The notes beneath the pieces are model-generated. The model made no database searches, had not been told where the DNA came from, and saw nothing but the letters and a program-made list of their open reading frames with translations. The position numbers were made by a program, and so were the translations under genes. From Hydrolagus affinis (Eukaryota), in contig JAAILG010001023.1 of NCBI GenBank assembly GCA_012026655.1, positions 1 to 64,000 on the forward strand: 64,000 nt of DNA. Reading direction: 5' to 3'. Positions within the stretch are counted from its first letter, which is position 1. Each line of letters opens with the position of its first letter. Below are positions 47,506 to 62,233 of this stretch, piece by piece.

Positions 47506-48707
47506 TCAGAGCAGGGTAAACTTCCAAGACAAATATCTTATGAAATAAACAGCTAAAAGCAAACCGAGTACATTGACGTACCTGTAAGAGAGAATGGGCT
47601 GCAGGATGAGAAATTGACAACCAGAAGTCTCCTATAAACGTAGTCTATGGTGGAAAAAATTTAGGTCTCCAAAGCATGTGATTTCTAAGAAAAAATGGAA
47701 GGTTGATAACTTCAAAGTGCCTAGGTATTGAAAGCGTTTTGGCTTCTTGCAAGCAAGGTCTCAATTTCACAGATAATCTCCGTCTAATGCTGAAATATTT
47801 ACACACTTTAAGGCAACAAGAACCAGAAGAATGTTTTTTTTCAATGCATCGGACCAGCTTCGTTCCACAATGCAGACAGATTGCAGTCATTAGAGTATTT
47901 GACTAGAGATTGATCATAGAAACAATTCACCTAAACTACCGGGGGCTCAATTCCACAGAGTGCCTGCGTGTGTATACATTTAAATTTATTATCAAAATGG
48001 GATTTGTCCGTGTTTCTCAAGTGTAACTGGAAGTTTATCCTTTGAATTTGGATCACGCTTAAAGTACGCACTAGCATTGCCAACCACCGAAAATCCAGCA
48101 CTTACACTGACTGCACTGATGCCTGCAAACTTGAATTGAAGCTCGAGCTCTATATGCCTGTATTGTGTCTGACCTTTGCACTTTCTCGAATGAGACTGGG
48201 CTTGCTATTGCCAAGGGCATTTTTGAGAAGTATGTAATAGGATTATTCTGATTTGTCATAGAATTTTTTTTATATAAAAGAAATGCATGTTATTAATTCC
48301 CCCACCATTTGTTGGCCAGACTTTCCTTCTGATTTTTTTTCTCTCTCTTTCCCTTGGTACCTTCTCGAGGCCTTTGCTACTAATTCTCCACCCCCACCCT
48401 CCTTCAGGCCACCATCTCTTGCCACCCACTCCTACAGACCTCTTTGTACGAGTAGCTCTCCTCTCTCCCCCTCATCGGTTCACCATCAATGCAGTTTTAC
48501 ATCTGATTTCCTTGATTACTCAGCAAAAACTCCAGAGCTCTGGTGATGCTAAACCGTGATCAGACAGTGATTGTCGCCAGGCTGTTTGCTCATTTGAAAT
48601 CCATAGGTGTGCACTTTCAACAGATGCATTGAGTGGCGTTCAGGAGAAAGATTCCCAACAAGCACTTTGGTACAGGGGAAAACTGTGGCAACCTTCATTG
48701 CTGCCTT

Positions 48708-48852
48708 AATAATAATAATAAAACTGATAATCCTTGCATTTGATGTAGTGCTTTTCACGTCTTCTAGACGTCTCGAAGTGCTTCACAGAATATACTGTAA
48801 AGTGAATTGACTATATTTTGTGGGCGAAATGCGGCAGCCAATTGCGCACAGT
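48708..48852 (-). mobile_element. tRNA-SINE 3' half
   Basis: Tail through GCGGCAGCCAATTGCGCACAG. Confidence 0.92.
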
Positions 48853-50662
48853 GGGTCAGCGCCTTGGCTGAGATCATCTTAAATAACATGGTTTGAATTT
48901 GTAATCTGTGTCGTGTGTGTGTGTGTGTGTGTAAACTTTCTGACTCAACCACACCGGAGATGACCAGGCCTTTAGCTATCTTCGGAAATACATATCTGAA
49001 TGATTCAGGTCAAAGCTCCATCCATAGTTGTTAATCCAAGATAAATGCATTCAGTAAAAACAGAAGGCAGCGTCTTGAACAATGTTCTTCAGAGCACTGT
49101 TCTCTAATTTACAAAGCAGCGGAGGTCAAATTTAGGACAGAGTGGTTTATGTGAACACCGCACTGACCCCTGCTGCTCACCTCTAGGTTCTTACAAGGAA
49201 GGGAAATCAGGGTCAAAGAGCACAGTCAGTACACAAACTGCACATGACTGAAATTTACCTCCGCTCTAAAATCTGAACATCTTGATACCACAGTGATTGA
49301 AAGAAAATACTTTCGAAAGAAAATAGCAGGCAAGTTTCTTCAAACCGCCCCCCCAATCAAATGTGAAAGAAAAAAAAATTGGGAGTCTCGGAATTATTCA
49401 TTACTTAATTCTGGAACGTGGACACACATTCTAATTTGTATTGACTAGTTTATGTGGGCAACCAGACAAATGTACAAAGTATTGTGGAAAAGTGGTTGCC
49501 GAATGTACCAGTACGTGATTTTTAACCTGACTTGCAATACATGTGCTGTCAGACCTGGGTAAAGTGATAAGGTCACAGCTGTAGTTAAGCGGATTTAAAT
49601 GAAAATGCGCACTGTACTCCCCCACATAGACATCTAATGTTAAAGTCACATAATGCAAAACAATTTCACTTTTAGACACATTTGTGTTGTGCCACATAAA
49701 GCCTTTTCTATAAGCTTTTGAGTGAAAGTGATTTTTTTTTTGCTATTTCTTTGGTGAGCTGCGGTTAGTCTTTTCAATAATGCAGACCCTTTGTCCAAGC
49801 ACATTGAGCTAATCCCTGCAGAGTGATGTAATTATGTGGACGTTTTCTTTCACTGTGTGGGTACCAGAAGTACCTGATCTGATATTGTAGCATTGTATGA
49901 TCACTGAAATGTCGGTGGCACTTTTAACTTCCCTGCATTTCTGTGTGTAGTTTATAACTGCCTCATCTGCAGCAACCAGAGGGAGAAAAGAGAAAAGATC
50001 AAATGAAATGTCACCTGTCTCTAATTCTTATTCTAATCTACAGAGTGAAGGCTGGGAACAGATACCTGTACGGGAATACAACTAAGAGTTATTTAGTTCA
50101 AATCTCAGGGTGGCAGCTCTGTGGAACCAACGTTCATGAATTTCTGCCGCTTTTCATGCTGAGGTCTAAAAATAATGCCTGATTATACATCATTCAACAT
50201 TCACAATGTAAATTTGATTATACTTAAATCAGACCAAGTGTGATTAGCACGGCGTACAGCAATCCATGTCATCAAAACCAATTGTAGCCAACACTTTTTT
50301 TAATATAAAAAAAGTTTGAATACATTATTACTAAACGAACATGTCAATGTTAAAGTGAGCTGCCATCCTTCATCTGGAAAATTTCATTTGGAGACTGTCT
50401 TGTTGTCTTTGGCCATGATCATTCTTTGCTAAGATGCTGCAATGCTGTGATACCCAATGGTCAGATAGCATTGAATAAGAGGGCATTCCCTCTAATCCTC
50501 CATCAGAAAGAAGCTGCCATTTGGTGAGAGCCCACATTGCGATGTCACCTTATAGCCCAACCCGCAGCAGCACAAAAGTCAGTCGAGGTAAAGAAACTCC
50601 ACCTCGTACAACATCTAGCAGGCGGGATTCAACAGCTGGATACAGAGGCTTTAGTGAAACAG

Positions 50663-50965
50663 TGGGGTCCTGTAGCTCAGTGGTTAGAGCACTCACATTA
50701 CAAGCTGGGTTCAATTCCAGGCAGGGCAAAACCTTGGGCAAGTTTCCTTACTCCACACACCTGATAATAACCCCCCCACCAAATACACAATAATAAATTG
50801 GTCATTTCAATCGATAACTGTTTGTGAGACACTAATGTGCGCAATTGGCTGCTGCAATTCGCTTACAAATATACCGTCGATTCACTTTGCAGTAAATTCT
50901 GTGAGGCACTCTCAGATGTCCCCTTGACCTCAAAGGTGTTTTATCAAATGTAAAGCATATCATAA
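50663..50965 (+). mobile_element. tRNA-SINE, near full length
   Basis: TGGGGTCCTGTAGCTCAGTGGTTAGAGCACTC...GGTTCAATTCC; 3' end diverged. Confidence 0.92.
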
Positions 50966-51489
50966 TGTGCATAGTTTTGTGGCCAAAAAAAACATTCAAA
51001 TCAAGATAGCAAGAGAGTTGTATATCGCACAAGCTATGGGGATTGTGTTTTTTTTCAAAAAAAAGTTGAGTGCAAATTAAAGAGCAGATAAACATTGGAT
51101 CACGTTCCTGTTTTTAATGATCATTTGACATTTTTCACTTTGAATTTATTCCTGTTATGAAGATTCATTCACCGCCACACATTTCCCTGGTAATGCAAAC
51201 AGAGATTCGCGTCATTTGTACGTTGCAAATGCAGACCCTCTTAAATTGCAATACTTATTCAGTTGTAAGTGACAGTAACAATCTTGGATTATCTACATTT
51301 ATTTAGGCCCACTGCAAATAATCATGGCACACAGATTCAGAAATATGACAATCTGTCACATTTGATTATGGAACTAATCAGGTATTCATCGGGCAAAATT
51401 TACTAAACACCATGGAAGTATAAAATGGCTGGAAATTACTCAAAGAGGATCGAATCGTTCAATGAAATGGAATCCGCGCGCTACAATAA

Positions 51490-51700
51490 AATAAAAAGGT
51501 AAATGAAGGAGACTTAATTAGAGTTATCAGCAATAGCAACGGTTTTGCAAATATTCATGAAAGTCCACAGTTGTTTCTCAATAGCACTGAAAAATAGATA
51601 TACATCGAACTAAAATTGAAAGGCATCAAATGGATTTTTACCCACATTGTGATGATAAAATGCATTGATATATTTGAACAAAAATATTGCACAGAAACAA
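51490..51700 (+). mobile_element. Highly decayed CR1-type LINE ORF2 3' fragment
   Basis: GAAGGAGACTTAATTAGAGTTATC echoes RGDLIEVYK and TTTTTACCCACATTGTG echoes FFTQRVV; many stops and indels. Confidence 0.35.
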
Positions 51701-53911
51701 GTAAAACATCAGAGTGGGTTTAGTAGAGCAGAAAGCTTTACAGGAATGTTGGGAGTCAGTCAATTATCTTCAATAAATAGATTTTCACATTATTTGTAAG
51801 AACCACAAGATTGTTAAAGTTAATGTTTTTCTCATCAGTGAAAAGAGGAACACTACAAATGAAATATTATCAGTACAAGATCTCAACACTAATAAATTCC
51901 TATTCACTTTAAGCATCTGTACTAATGTTCATTTTGGGGGCCACTGTTTAACATTACATTTCAATTTAAATCTAATGTATCACACAGTAAGGTTTTAATG
52001 TATTGCTCAGTTTCACACACAATTCCGTGGAATTCAATGCAGTTTAGTTACTCTGCTTTGGATATTTTGAAAGGGTAATATCTTCAAAATTGTATTTTAT
52101 ATTGTTTATCAGGCCAACAAAACATTGAATAAACTTTGAAGACCAAGATTTTTTTTAAATGGAAGCAATGAAGCTAACAACTGCAACACTGCAAATACCA
52201 TTTGCTCACACAAAGATAGTTCTGTATTGATCACTCTGATATATATCCATGTAATGTAGAGCAATGCATCAAAATTCGATCAATTGATTATTGATAATTC
52301 GATAAATTGTGGCTTCATTCTATTCTAGTTATTGTACAAAAATAGATTGCATTAGATTGCATTAGAATTTGTTCCCTTTGAGTTGGAAACAGTTTTCCAA
52401 TGCTCTGTATTGTTGTATTCAACCTGTTTTGCACAATAGAGCGGAAGATTGAATACAAACAAAACAACCATTTTATAATACGTCTATTACCAGGTTGCAT
52501 TAAACGCCCTTAAAAACTTGGAGGATATTTTTAGGTTGTAGTGGAACTATATGTAAATTGTATTGATCCAATAATATAACAAAGGCAAGCAATATATCCT
52601 CCTCATTTAGCTGCCTACAACAAGCAACAGCACAAACGTGTTAATAGATTGATTGTTTAATATAGGAGGATTGTTTTGTCCTTCCTTTAAGGAGTACTTA
52701 TTGAATAGATCTGTGTCTAGAATTGTATCTTACATCATACTGTAAATATAGCGTGACAGAGCACAAGTGTAATACCATTTGACCATAATGCCAGTGTTAA
52801 CGAGTACAATTGCTGTTGCGGTAATGAGACAAGCTTCTCGTTGGCATTTCACAGGTTATCAATAAATGCAATAAACACACTTGCTTTTGAGAACGTGGTG
52901 TTACCTCAGCCCATTGGCGTTTATACCTTATTTCCCCCCATGTGTGTGTAAAAAAAAAGAGAGAAAGGGACATGACATACTTGATGAAATGACCCAGCCT
53001 CATATAATGTGACCAGGGTAGAGCTCTGGAGACCGATCACTACCTCCCCAGGTCTTTGGTCGTTTCTGTGGAATGAACTGATGATGAAAGTGCATCCCTG
53101 CTGGGAAAAGAAAGCAGAGCTTCTATGAACCACATCATTCACTCTAACACCCCATGGCATTTCATAATACCTTAACACCTGTGTCCATCAAGTTGCCCAC
53201 GTACAATTTCTGCCCCAGTTATGGTGAACTTTGTAATTTCGCTGACTGACAGTCTAATATCTGTTTGGCTTCACATCTGACAGTCATTGTAGATAGGGCT
53301 GCTTGAAGAAAGTCAAAGCATTAAACTGACAGCCATTATTTTGTATTGCTGAAAATCAGGGTGAGGGTTCACAGTAAATGTATGCCACTGAGCTCCTTTG
53401 TTTACTTCAACTGACATGCAAAAAAAAATCACATTAAAATGCAGGTAACTTTTGATGGGAATCAAAAGCCAGTTCAACCAGTTTCTTAAAGCCATGGTTT
53501 CCCTTTGGTCAATAGAAATACGCTGCATCTAAAAAGAAATCATCACATATTAGAACTATACAAACTTTGACCTCCAAGGTTTACAGCGCGTTTAAGAATG
53601 CTGTAATGAAAATAGATTTGACAAAAGCAAACATTTGGAATGCTAAAAAGCCTGCTGGTTTGACATCCTGAAGAATGGATCTCTTAATAAAAATCCCAGA
53701 AGGTTTTGACTTTATTCTGTAGCTGCACGGCACAGCAAATGCAGAATGCCAGTTCAAATCCTTTATGATTGTCACCTTATAACGTTTATTTTCACCCGAG
53801 GTTAATCTTTTAAAGGTAGCATTAGGCTATTTAAGCTCTTTGTTTTAGTCTGCAAGGGGTGTTGTGAATTAAGTTAGTGAATGAATAATTTGAACCTGTT
53901 TCCCTATTTAT

Positions 53912-54225
53912 ATAATAATAATAATCCTTTCATTTGATATCGAGTTTTTCACGTCTTCTGGACATCTCAAAGCGCTTCACAGAATATTCTGTAAAGTGAA
54001 TTGACTGTATATTTGTGGGCGAAACGTGGCAGCCAATTGTGCACAGCAGTGTCCCACAAACAGTCATAGATTAAAATGACCAGTTTTTCTTATTGTGTTT
54101 TTTTTTGGACGGATTATTATTAGGCTTGTGGAGTAAGGAAACGTGCCCAAGGTTTCGCCCCGACCTGCCTGGATTCGAACTTCTAAATCACACTTGTAAG
54201 GCGAGTACTCTAACTATGAACCACG
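53912..54225 (-). mobile_element. tRNA-SINE, near full length
   Basis: (AAT)n tail, conserved body, GGATTCGAAC (reverse-complement B box). Confidence 0.94.
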
Positions 54226-56917
54226 GGGGAGCCTGACTCTAAACTGGGGGGGAAGCAGGAAGTCATTTTGTGCACCGTTGCGGATTCTGAGCAAAAGATA
54301 ACTGGGTAGAAAACGTCACCTATTCTAAAGCAATTTTTGGGAGAATAATCCCTGAGGTGTCGATCTCAAAGGCAAGAAAGGCTTTCAGTGTTTCGAGATT
54401 CTACTTGATACTAAAACTAACAAAATAGAAGATATAGAAAATAAAATATACTGTTCACAAACTGAGAAATTTAGTAATAAATTATTACTGGTTGACATGT
54501 TTAATGTCTTTCATTTTACCATCTGCAATGTCAACTTGTACATAAAACGGTAAAGAAGGTCAGATAGGTTCACTTCACTCATCCTTGTAACATTTAAATG
54601 TCAAGATTACAGGTTTTTAGTTGGATGTCAACAGGAATGGAAGCTTCTGTAATCTGTGCGGATCTGCAAATTGACTCTATAATATTTAGCATCATTGTTT
54701 CTTTTTTTTTAGACATGTTTGCTTTCAGTGATTCATACTCTATTCAAGCTATTTAAAGAGGTCATCCTCTGAGCTTGGAAGCTTGTTTTTAAACTGAGTC
54801 TTGCCTGTACAGTTTTCCTGACAGACACTGTACAGGAAAGTAGGAGAGACAGCCTGGATTGCACAGTATATATGCTACACACAAAGCTATTGAAACAATA
54901 CCTTTATATTGAAGTAAATTTTTCTGGTCTCTTTGAAGTAAGGAATAAATATATGCATTCATTACTTCCCCAACATTCTACACATACACAAGATATTGGT
55001 ACAAAATTCCACTTAGGCTTGGCTTGTAACAGTTTCCTCTTAAAAACGTAGGATTTCATAGTGGAAAATTCTTAAATTCAGTCTTAATTTGGAACTGGGT
55101 TTTCTGCAGTTCTTATTAAGAAATCCCTTCCAAAGTATGACTGGATTTCCACAGAGCAAACAGAAATTGTCTTACTAGCTAAGAGTTGGTTGAATTTCAG
55201 AACTCATTTGCACAATGTTTCACTCCTGTTTGCAAAATAGCATAAGTTCTCTGATTGTGTTTGGTTGGGATGGTGGTCCATGTTTATTGCAGGATAAAGT
55301 AACATATAGGAGGACCCTACAGTGTTTGGGTCATTCATCATGTAACGATGCCTTCTCTAGCTATTTTGCTGTCAAGGGAAATGCATTGATGGAGTGTGCA
55401 TGTTAGCTGGTTATTAACATTGACCCCTGTAAGAATATTTCTTGGTTTTAATTTATTTAGATGATGTTTGTATAAGTTTGCCTAGACAGAAAAGACCCAT
55501 CACGCATGTGTCAGAATGGTACAGAAAACCAATAACACCCATCAAGAGGACATAATACGTTGACTCAGTATAGGAGCGAGATAGTGTACAACACACCAAA
55601 ATAGGACTGGAGCCACCACCAAATTGGTACAATATTTCCTTTCTTATCTCTTATCTCTTGGCTCAACGCCCTGTCGTTTTGCACAAAAAGCTAGATTGAT
55701 AGAGATAGAAAATGAGCACTTAGAAACCTGGAAATATTCAGTGGTCCCAAGTATCGCTTTACACTTAAAAAGGCACTTTGTCAAATGTGTGCGTGGAGGA
55801 CTTTGGTCGAATTAATGAATATTACAGGTTGTGATTAAACTGAGCGCATTGTAGGCCGGAATATTCATTAAGAGATTCATTTTCTCTTGAAGTCTAACGT
55901 GCCCCCTAAACGGGGAAGACAATGGCTGATGAGAATGAGGATGATGTGGGAACAATGAGGAGTTGAAATATTCATTAATACGCCGTTGTTGATCGGTGTG
56001 TCTCATAAAAGACATTGGAAACCCCCCGAGCTTCACAACGGTGATGATGAGACGTTTCTCTGTAGTCTCGATGATCAGTTACTGCTGAAGCAAAAAAAAA
56101 TAGCTTGGTTAATTAGAATGTATTCTAGTAGCGGCAGCAGGCACACAGATACATCCATAAATCCATACTCTAAATCTGACAACCTTCGAAGTCAAACGTG
56201 TGTGGCACTAATATCTTACATCAGATGAAAGTAGAGTAGTCCTTATAATACGGAAGCAACGTTTCTGAAGAGATTGTGCTTAAACTTGGTGCCGAGTCTT
56301 TATTAAATGCCTTTCTCCTCTGTCAACTATCACTGTGTCAGGCAATTGTGCAGCACAATGGCTGCCTACTTCTCAGTGCACAACATGACAGCAATGTCAT
56401 CATTCTTTCCCTCAGTGCACATAATTACCTCACATATGGAAACCTGTGATAGCCTAAAGGCATTAGCGAGCGACGAGAGCTGTACAATCTGTCCGCCGAC
56501 AGGCTTCCCGCACAAGCCATGGTGCCATTCAAACAGCACTACCCAGAGGTTCTTGTTGTGGGGGGGGGGGGGGGAAATTACAGGTCAGGCAGTTCTTGTT
56601 GCTGAGACTCGACTTAAGTAAATATCATCATATTAATAGAATCTGGATAATTGTACAAGTGAATGCTCACTGCAAGCAGTTGACCTTAATTTCCTGCAGG
56701 ACTGCCCTTCATGTGCCCCCATGAGAAGATTTATTTTAGAAATGCTATCATTCCGCGACTCAAAAGCATAGCAACCATCCTTGGTTATATTTGTCAAATA
56801 TTTGTTCTACTGAAGCTGCTTCCTAATCAATGTTTGCTTTATTTTACACAAAGGTAGCAATGGAAATCATCCCCTGCCCCTCGAGCCTTATGTAGTTCAA
56901 TTTCAGTTTTGATTACC

Positions 56918-56949
56918 TATATATATATATATTATATATATATATATAT
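56918..56949. repeat. Interrupted (TA)n microsatellite
   Basis: Read directly from the sequence. Confidence 0.9.
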
Positions 56950-59334
56950 TTTGAACCCACCTGTCCATAAACGGTAACCATTTTTGCTTATGGCCAGAGG
57001 GACAGCAACAAACCATATCTGATCTACACATCTGTAGCAGTCTTATTGTTAATGCTTTTCACAAGGATCTTTTGTCGAAATCATAGGATTTGAATTGCCC
57101 CTCAACACATAAAATAATATTAAATCAAGAGAACGTCAGTCAAACCAGGAATCATTTTTTACTTACATTTGGAAGACGACAGATTTTCTCTTCGAGATTC
57201 CTGTGTGACAAGTGAGCATGTGTTTCGATGGAGTGCATCAACTACGGTCCTGTTAGATCAATGAAACTCCATTGTTAAAGAATAGATCTAGCTTTGACAA
57301 TTATAAAACACCCGGTGAAATAAAAGACTACAGTGTAAGTGAATCTTTGCAGAGATCATTTTCTAATACTTTCAGTCAGATCTTCGGCAATTAACCATCC
57401 TTAATGACTCACATGTATGGCAACATTTGTTGTCACATTGCTGTGCTTCATTTTAAATTAAAGTAATTAATCCAAGCACATTTCGATTGATACTATTGAA
57501 ACAGAAAATGAAATTGGTTCCACATTCAGGTTTACTGCTAGATTTATAAAAAGCCAAACACTACCCATTATAATGACCAATTTGGCTTATCGCCCAATAT
57601 TTGGAAATGCCGCTGTTTATTTTGTAACACCTGGTCCTTTTAATTAGCTTGTAAGCCTTGAGCTTTTTTCTAATCTGTTTGGTACATTAAGACTTGAAAC
57701 AGTCTCTGAAGAAAATAACAGAGGCTTAATTCAAATGAAAATGAGGAGCCTCTAATGAGCGAGAGTTTCAGGTGTCTTTTTACATTTGTGTGATTATTTC
57801 TTCTTCTGAGCTGTCTTAGTTTTTTTTAAAAAAAGAGTCAGGGTAACTTTCATCTTTCCTGCTTGTTTAATTACAAACATTGATACAGTAAAATACGGTA
57901 CTCCTTTCAAAATATTCAGACTTGTAAAAGCTTGCATATGTATTTATTTTCATCTGTGCAGATAAGGTACAGTATTACTGTTTGGTGGTATAGAAAAGAG
58001 CACACAATTTCTGATCCCTGAGCAGTTGTTTCTGTGATGTTCCTTTGTTAACATGTCTAAAACTAGAAATCCCAGAGCATTGAAGTCATTTGGACTTACA
58101 TATAATACACATTAACCTCAATTAACCAAATAGATTATTAAAATATCGTATGATAAATGACTAGATGCAACATTTACCTTTTCCTTACAAATAGCCAGCA
58201 ATTGCATGTGTAGAATTATGTTCTAATAATCCACTGAAGCAAATGAGGGCTAAAATACTGTATGGAGTTGCAATGCGTTTGTAGGTCTGGTATGTAATAC
58301 CTCCCTATCTACATATGCACAACAACAGAACAAAAATTAGATTTCATACGTGTTAAGAAAGCAAAATACAACTCTCATGGAATAATTGGCTCTCACATGT
58401 ACAGAATGGACTGTCAATGGGAAAAATATCAGGATGAACTCACTCAGACATATTTAAAGTGGGTTATGTGAATAAGATGCTTTGCAGAAAGTCAATATTT
58501 TTGATAGACTTGAAATTGAATTAGATTATGCCAGTTTATTCCTAGCCGGTAAATTTTAATATATTCCCCTTTCGTTCTGAACTATGAAATAGCTTTCGAG
58601 TTTCAAGTGGCAAAGAAACTGCACTATTGGCTAATGTAACACCTGCAGAGATGCTCACTACATGTCTGACAACTTCAGTCACCAGAGGGGAAGGTATAAG
58701 CATAATCCATCCCAATTTTTTGCACAGTACTGTGGGTGAATGAATGGAAAAATAAAGTACCACCATAAACAAGTTTAAACACTCCAGCCTGGCATCGTGC
58801 AATGAAAATGTAGTTATTTGATACTTATGTGGTTGATCAAGCTGAGAGAAGTCAATGCTTGAAAGTAGATGATTTTTCCTCTGGGGCCTTAATGTCATTA
58901 GAAAGTGGTTGCAGGTTGGGTTTAGCTCACATTAAATGTGCTGTAGAACCATGGCCCATATTTTCCACATGGCAGTATCGTTGGAGCTGTATTGCCTCTC
59001 TACTGAGATACCACATTTGCAATGATTTCTCACACTGATAGCTTCATCAGTAACCAGCTGTTATCAGGGATAGATGAAGCAGAGTGGATTGTGGAAGACC
59101 AGTGGTAGGACTGATTCCTATTTATTTTCCTACCCTGCGTAGGCGACAACTCTTTTTCAATCCTTGGGCAAGGATCCGAGCCATGAAAAACTCTTCCACT
59201 GCCTCCTGGGATCTCCCAGCCTTGAAGGAGAAGTAACTAGATACTCGCACACCCTGGGAATATAGCCAGGTAAATTGTCTAAAAAGAATGACGTTATCAG
59301 AGTTCCATATATGTAAAAGCAAGTTGGAAAACAC

Positions 59335-59612
59335 GTCTACTCAGTGGGCGTTCCTTCAGCCACTCTGCCCCCAACCTCTGGAACTCCAACTCGCAGCCCC
59401 TCTGCCTTGTCCCCTCCCTGGTCTCCTCAAGTCCCATCTCAAGATCCTCTTCCTCTACGGCCCCATTGGCCACTTCAAATCCCTCCCTTTCCCTCCACCC
59501 TCCCTGGCCCCAGCTCGGGTCTGAAACAATGACTGTCCAGCACCTTGTGATGTCCTCCTGAAGTGAAAGACGCTATACAAGTGTAATTTTGTTGTTGTTG
59601 TTGTTGTTGATG
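59335..59612 (+). mobile_element. L2 LINE 3' end
   Basis: Translates LSGRSFSHSAPNLWNS, then in another frame LKSHLKILFL; ends GACGCTATACAAGTGTAATTTT(GTT)n. Confidence 0.88.
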
Positions 59613-60414
59613 ATGTACAACCTCTTTAACCTTGGAAACCAAAGTGCATCACCAGTCTGGGTTAGAGAGATAACAACATTCAAACTGATTTTGTGGTGAT
59701 GAATCGGACTGGATGTTGCAGTCAAGGCTTCTGTGCACCAGCTCTGCTTGGACTTTTCATCTTGTATGAAAGGGTTACCACATGTACAGACGGACAGATA
59801 ACGACTCAAATATCACGATGAACTCATCAAAGTGGGCAATATGGCCTATCAGGAGAACTGGAAGCTGGTTGTAATAAGCAATGAAAGGACGGTTCACGTC
59901 CTCTCTTGCCTATGGGGACCTAAGATGACCCTGATTTTATGGCTGTGTTTATTGAGAAACTGAGAAGCCAAGAGAGCTTAACAGTATTATAGCTATTGAG
60001 ACAACACTCGTATCAATTGTTTCCTGGATATAAATACTGAAACGATCTTATTCTTTCCATATTTGTCTTTTTCTTGGTATATTTTCCTGTGCGATACATC
60101 TTGAGCTGGAAGGACGGCTTTTCTATTGCAGTAGAAATTCACTCCGACGTTCTGTATGATCAGTGTAACGTACAGCAGTTTGAAGGCAGAAGCATGTGTC
60201 TGCCCCATGGAATTAAGAGAACGACAGATTAGGAAAATGGTGGAGAAACGTACAGACTTGCGGAAGACTAGAAAACACAACAGGCAAAGGATCACTGCAC
60301 CAAAGATCCTTCTCCCCAGTTTGCAATCGACATGATTAAAAGTTTCCAGTTTATTTGTCATTTCGCAACTCAGGTTTGGGATGATACCATATACAGTACT
60401 GTAGATTAAACCTC

Positions 60415-60580
60415 TGTATAGTTCACAGGTCCTGTGGCCCATTAGACCTCATCCTTCCTGCATCAAGTGAGTCCAACGCCCTGCGTTCTGGTGATCAATT
60501 CAAATCGCTAATTGCCCTCTGAATAAAGAAACACTTCCTGTTCTGAGATTCTCCTTTGCACCTCTGTACCTTGTTCTGCT
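60415..60580 (-). mobile_element. Decayed CR1-type 3' fragment
   Basis: GGCCCATT...GCCCTCTGAATAAAGAAACACTTCCT resembles reverse-strand CR1 3' regions (recalled). Confidence 0.35.
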
Positions 60581-60894
60581 GCCTCGATGATTCACAAGCA
60601 GATCAAATAAATACCATGATGGGTTAGCAGAACTGCATCAGACACATTCTCCGATGAAAGGTTTTCACCACAGGCAGGAAAGAATATTGAGCGAAGGTGG
60701 GGGAGAGAGGTTGAAGGTGTGGTGGGGAGAGGGGGTGGGGGGTCAGCAGATACAGACTTTCCTGAAAAAACAAGACCTGCAGAGTAGCGCAAAGATGTCA
60801 ATTGCAACCTGCTGGTAAGATGTAACACATCGTGCACCAGGCTTGTGTGCATATAATGAACACGGATTCAAACTCTCTCAGAACATTATTTTTC

Positions 60895-60966
60895 CTTCAG
60901 AACAGTGTCCCCCTGACGTGAAATGTGCTATACAAATGTAATTTTGTTGTTGTTGTTATTGTTGTT
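60895..60966 (+). mobile_element. L2-type tail fragment
   Basis: GTCCCCCTGACGTGAAATGTGCTATACAAATGTAATTTT(GTT)n. Confidence 0.7.
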
Positions 60967-61136
60967 CGAGGAGCTTGCCTAGTGAACAATCTCTCTTGCA
61001 TTCCTTTGCCAATACCCCGCTATTAATAATAATAATAATATCAAATGAAAGGATATTATTAGCAGCTGTTCGATATGATATTTTAACCGTCTTCCCCCCT
61101 CGGTAAAGCAGCCATGATTGAAACAAGCACAGGTGA

Positions 61137-61457
61137 AATAATAATAATAATAATAATCCTTGAATTTGATATAGCGCTTTTCACGTCTTCAAGAAGTCTC
61201 AAAGCGTGTCACAGAATGTACTGTGAAGTGAACTGACTGAATATATGTCGGTGGAAACCTGGCAGCCAATTGCGCACAGCAGTGTCCCACAAACAGTCAT
61301 AGATTGAAATGACCAATTTATTGTTGTTTTTTTTGAGGGATTATTATTAGGCATTTGGAGCAAAGAAACTGGGCCAAAGGTTTCGTCCTGCCTGCAATTG
61401 AACCCAGGTCTCTCGCTTGTGAGGCAAGTGCTCTTGCCACCGAGCTACAGGACTCCA
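61137..61457 (-). mobile_element. tRNA-SINE, full length
   Basis: Reverse-complement head TGGAGTCCTGTAGCTCGGTGGCAAGAGCACTTGCCTCACAAGCGAG; (AAT)n tail. Confidence 0.95.
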
Positions 61458-62233
61458 AAGGGAATATAAATCCTATTCCACAAGGGGTTTGCAATGTATT
61501 CTGCTCTACCACACATTAAGAATTAATTAGGTCGAGAATTAGTTTGAGTTAATTAGGTGAAGGACCAAAACCGATGGGTGAAACCTTGTGCAGTGTCCCT
61601 CTGAACATTGATTCCCACACAAGTTGGAGGGACCCAAGTTCTCATAGGTCTCTCGGACTCAGTGGGTTTCAAAAACAAATACTGAAAATTCTCTTCAAAA
61701 TATTTTTTTTCAAAGGGAGATGATTTCGGTCATTAAAACGTGCCATGTTGCCATCTGCATTGAATAGGAAAAACACTTAAAGAGGATTTCATCAATACAA
61801 TGCTTGTTGTGATTAATTCAAATTGTCTGCGATTGGCTATTGTCCCAACTCTGGAGGACATGGGGGCTTTGGGTGACCCCCACTGTCTTTCCGAAACAAC
61901 TGTTTCTCTCGTCTTTCATAAAATAATGCATGTTTGTGTCGAGCCAGACGTATTTTCTTTAATCATGGTCAGATGACCAGAAGCATCCGAACATTGTCCC
62001 TTAGAATCTCCAATTTTAAAAAAAGACAGTGTCCGCAGTCCAATTTGCTGATTGTGACTGGATCAAATAGAAGATATTTATAATGATGCAGTAAACTAGT
62101 AAACACAGCCCACGAGCTGCTCTGCTTGTTGTTTTTGGACGTGGAGATTATTCGAATCTAATAACTGTTTTATAATGAGAGATTTGCATAATTAACCTTT
62201 ATTATACCATTGGGGCTAATTTGCACTTTTTAC

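Noticed and set aside
56030-56092. C/D-box snoRNA-like arrangement (GTGATGA...CTGA)
   Set aside because: Only about 48 nt from box C to box D, poor D' box, and no rRNA-complementary guide that I can recognise.
3521-61457. Strand bias of SINE insertions as an indicator of host-gene direction
   Set aside because: About 12 plus versus 10 minus copies; no informative bias.
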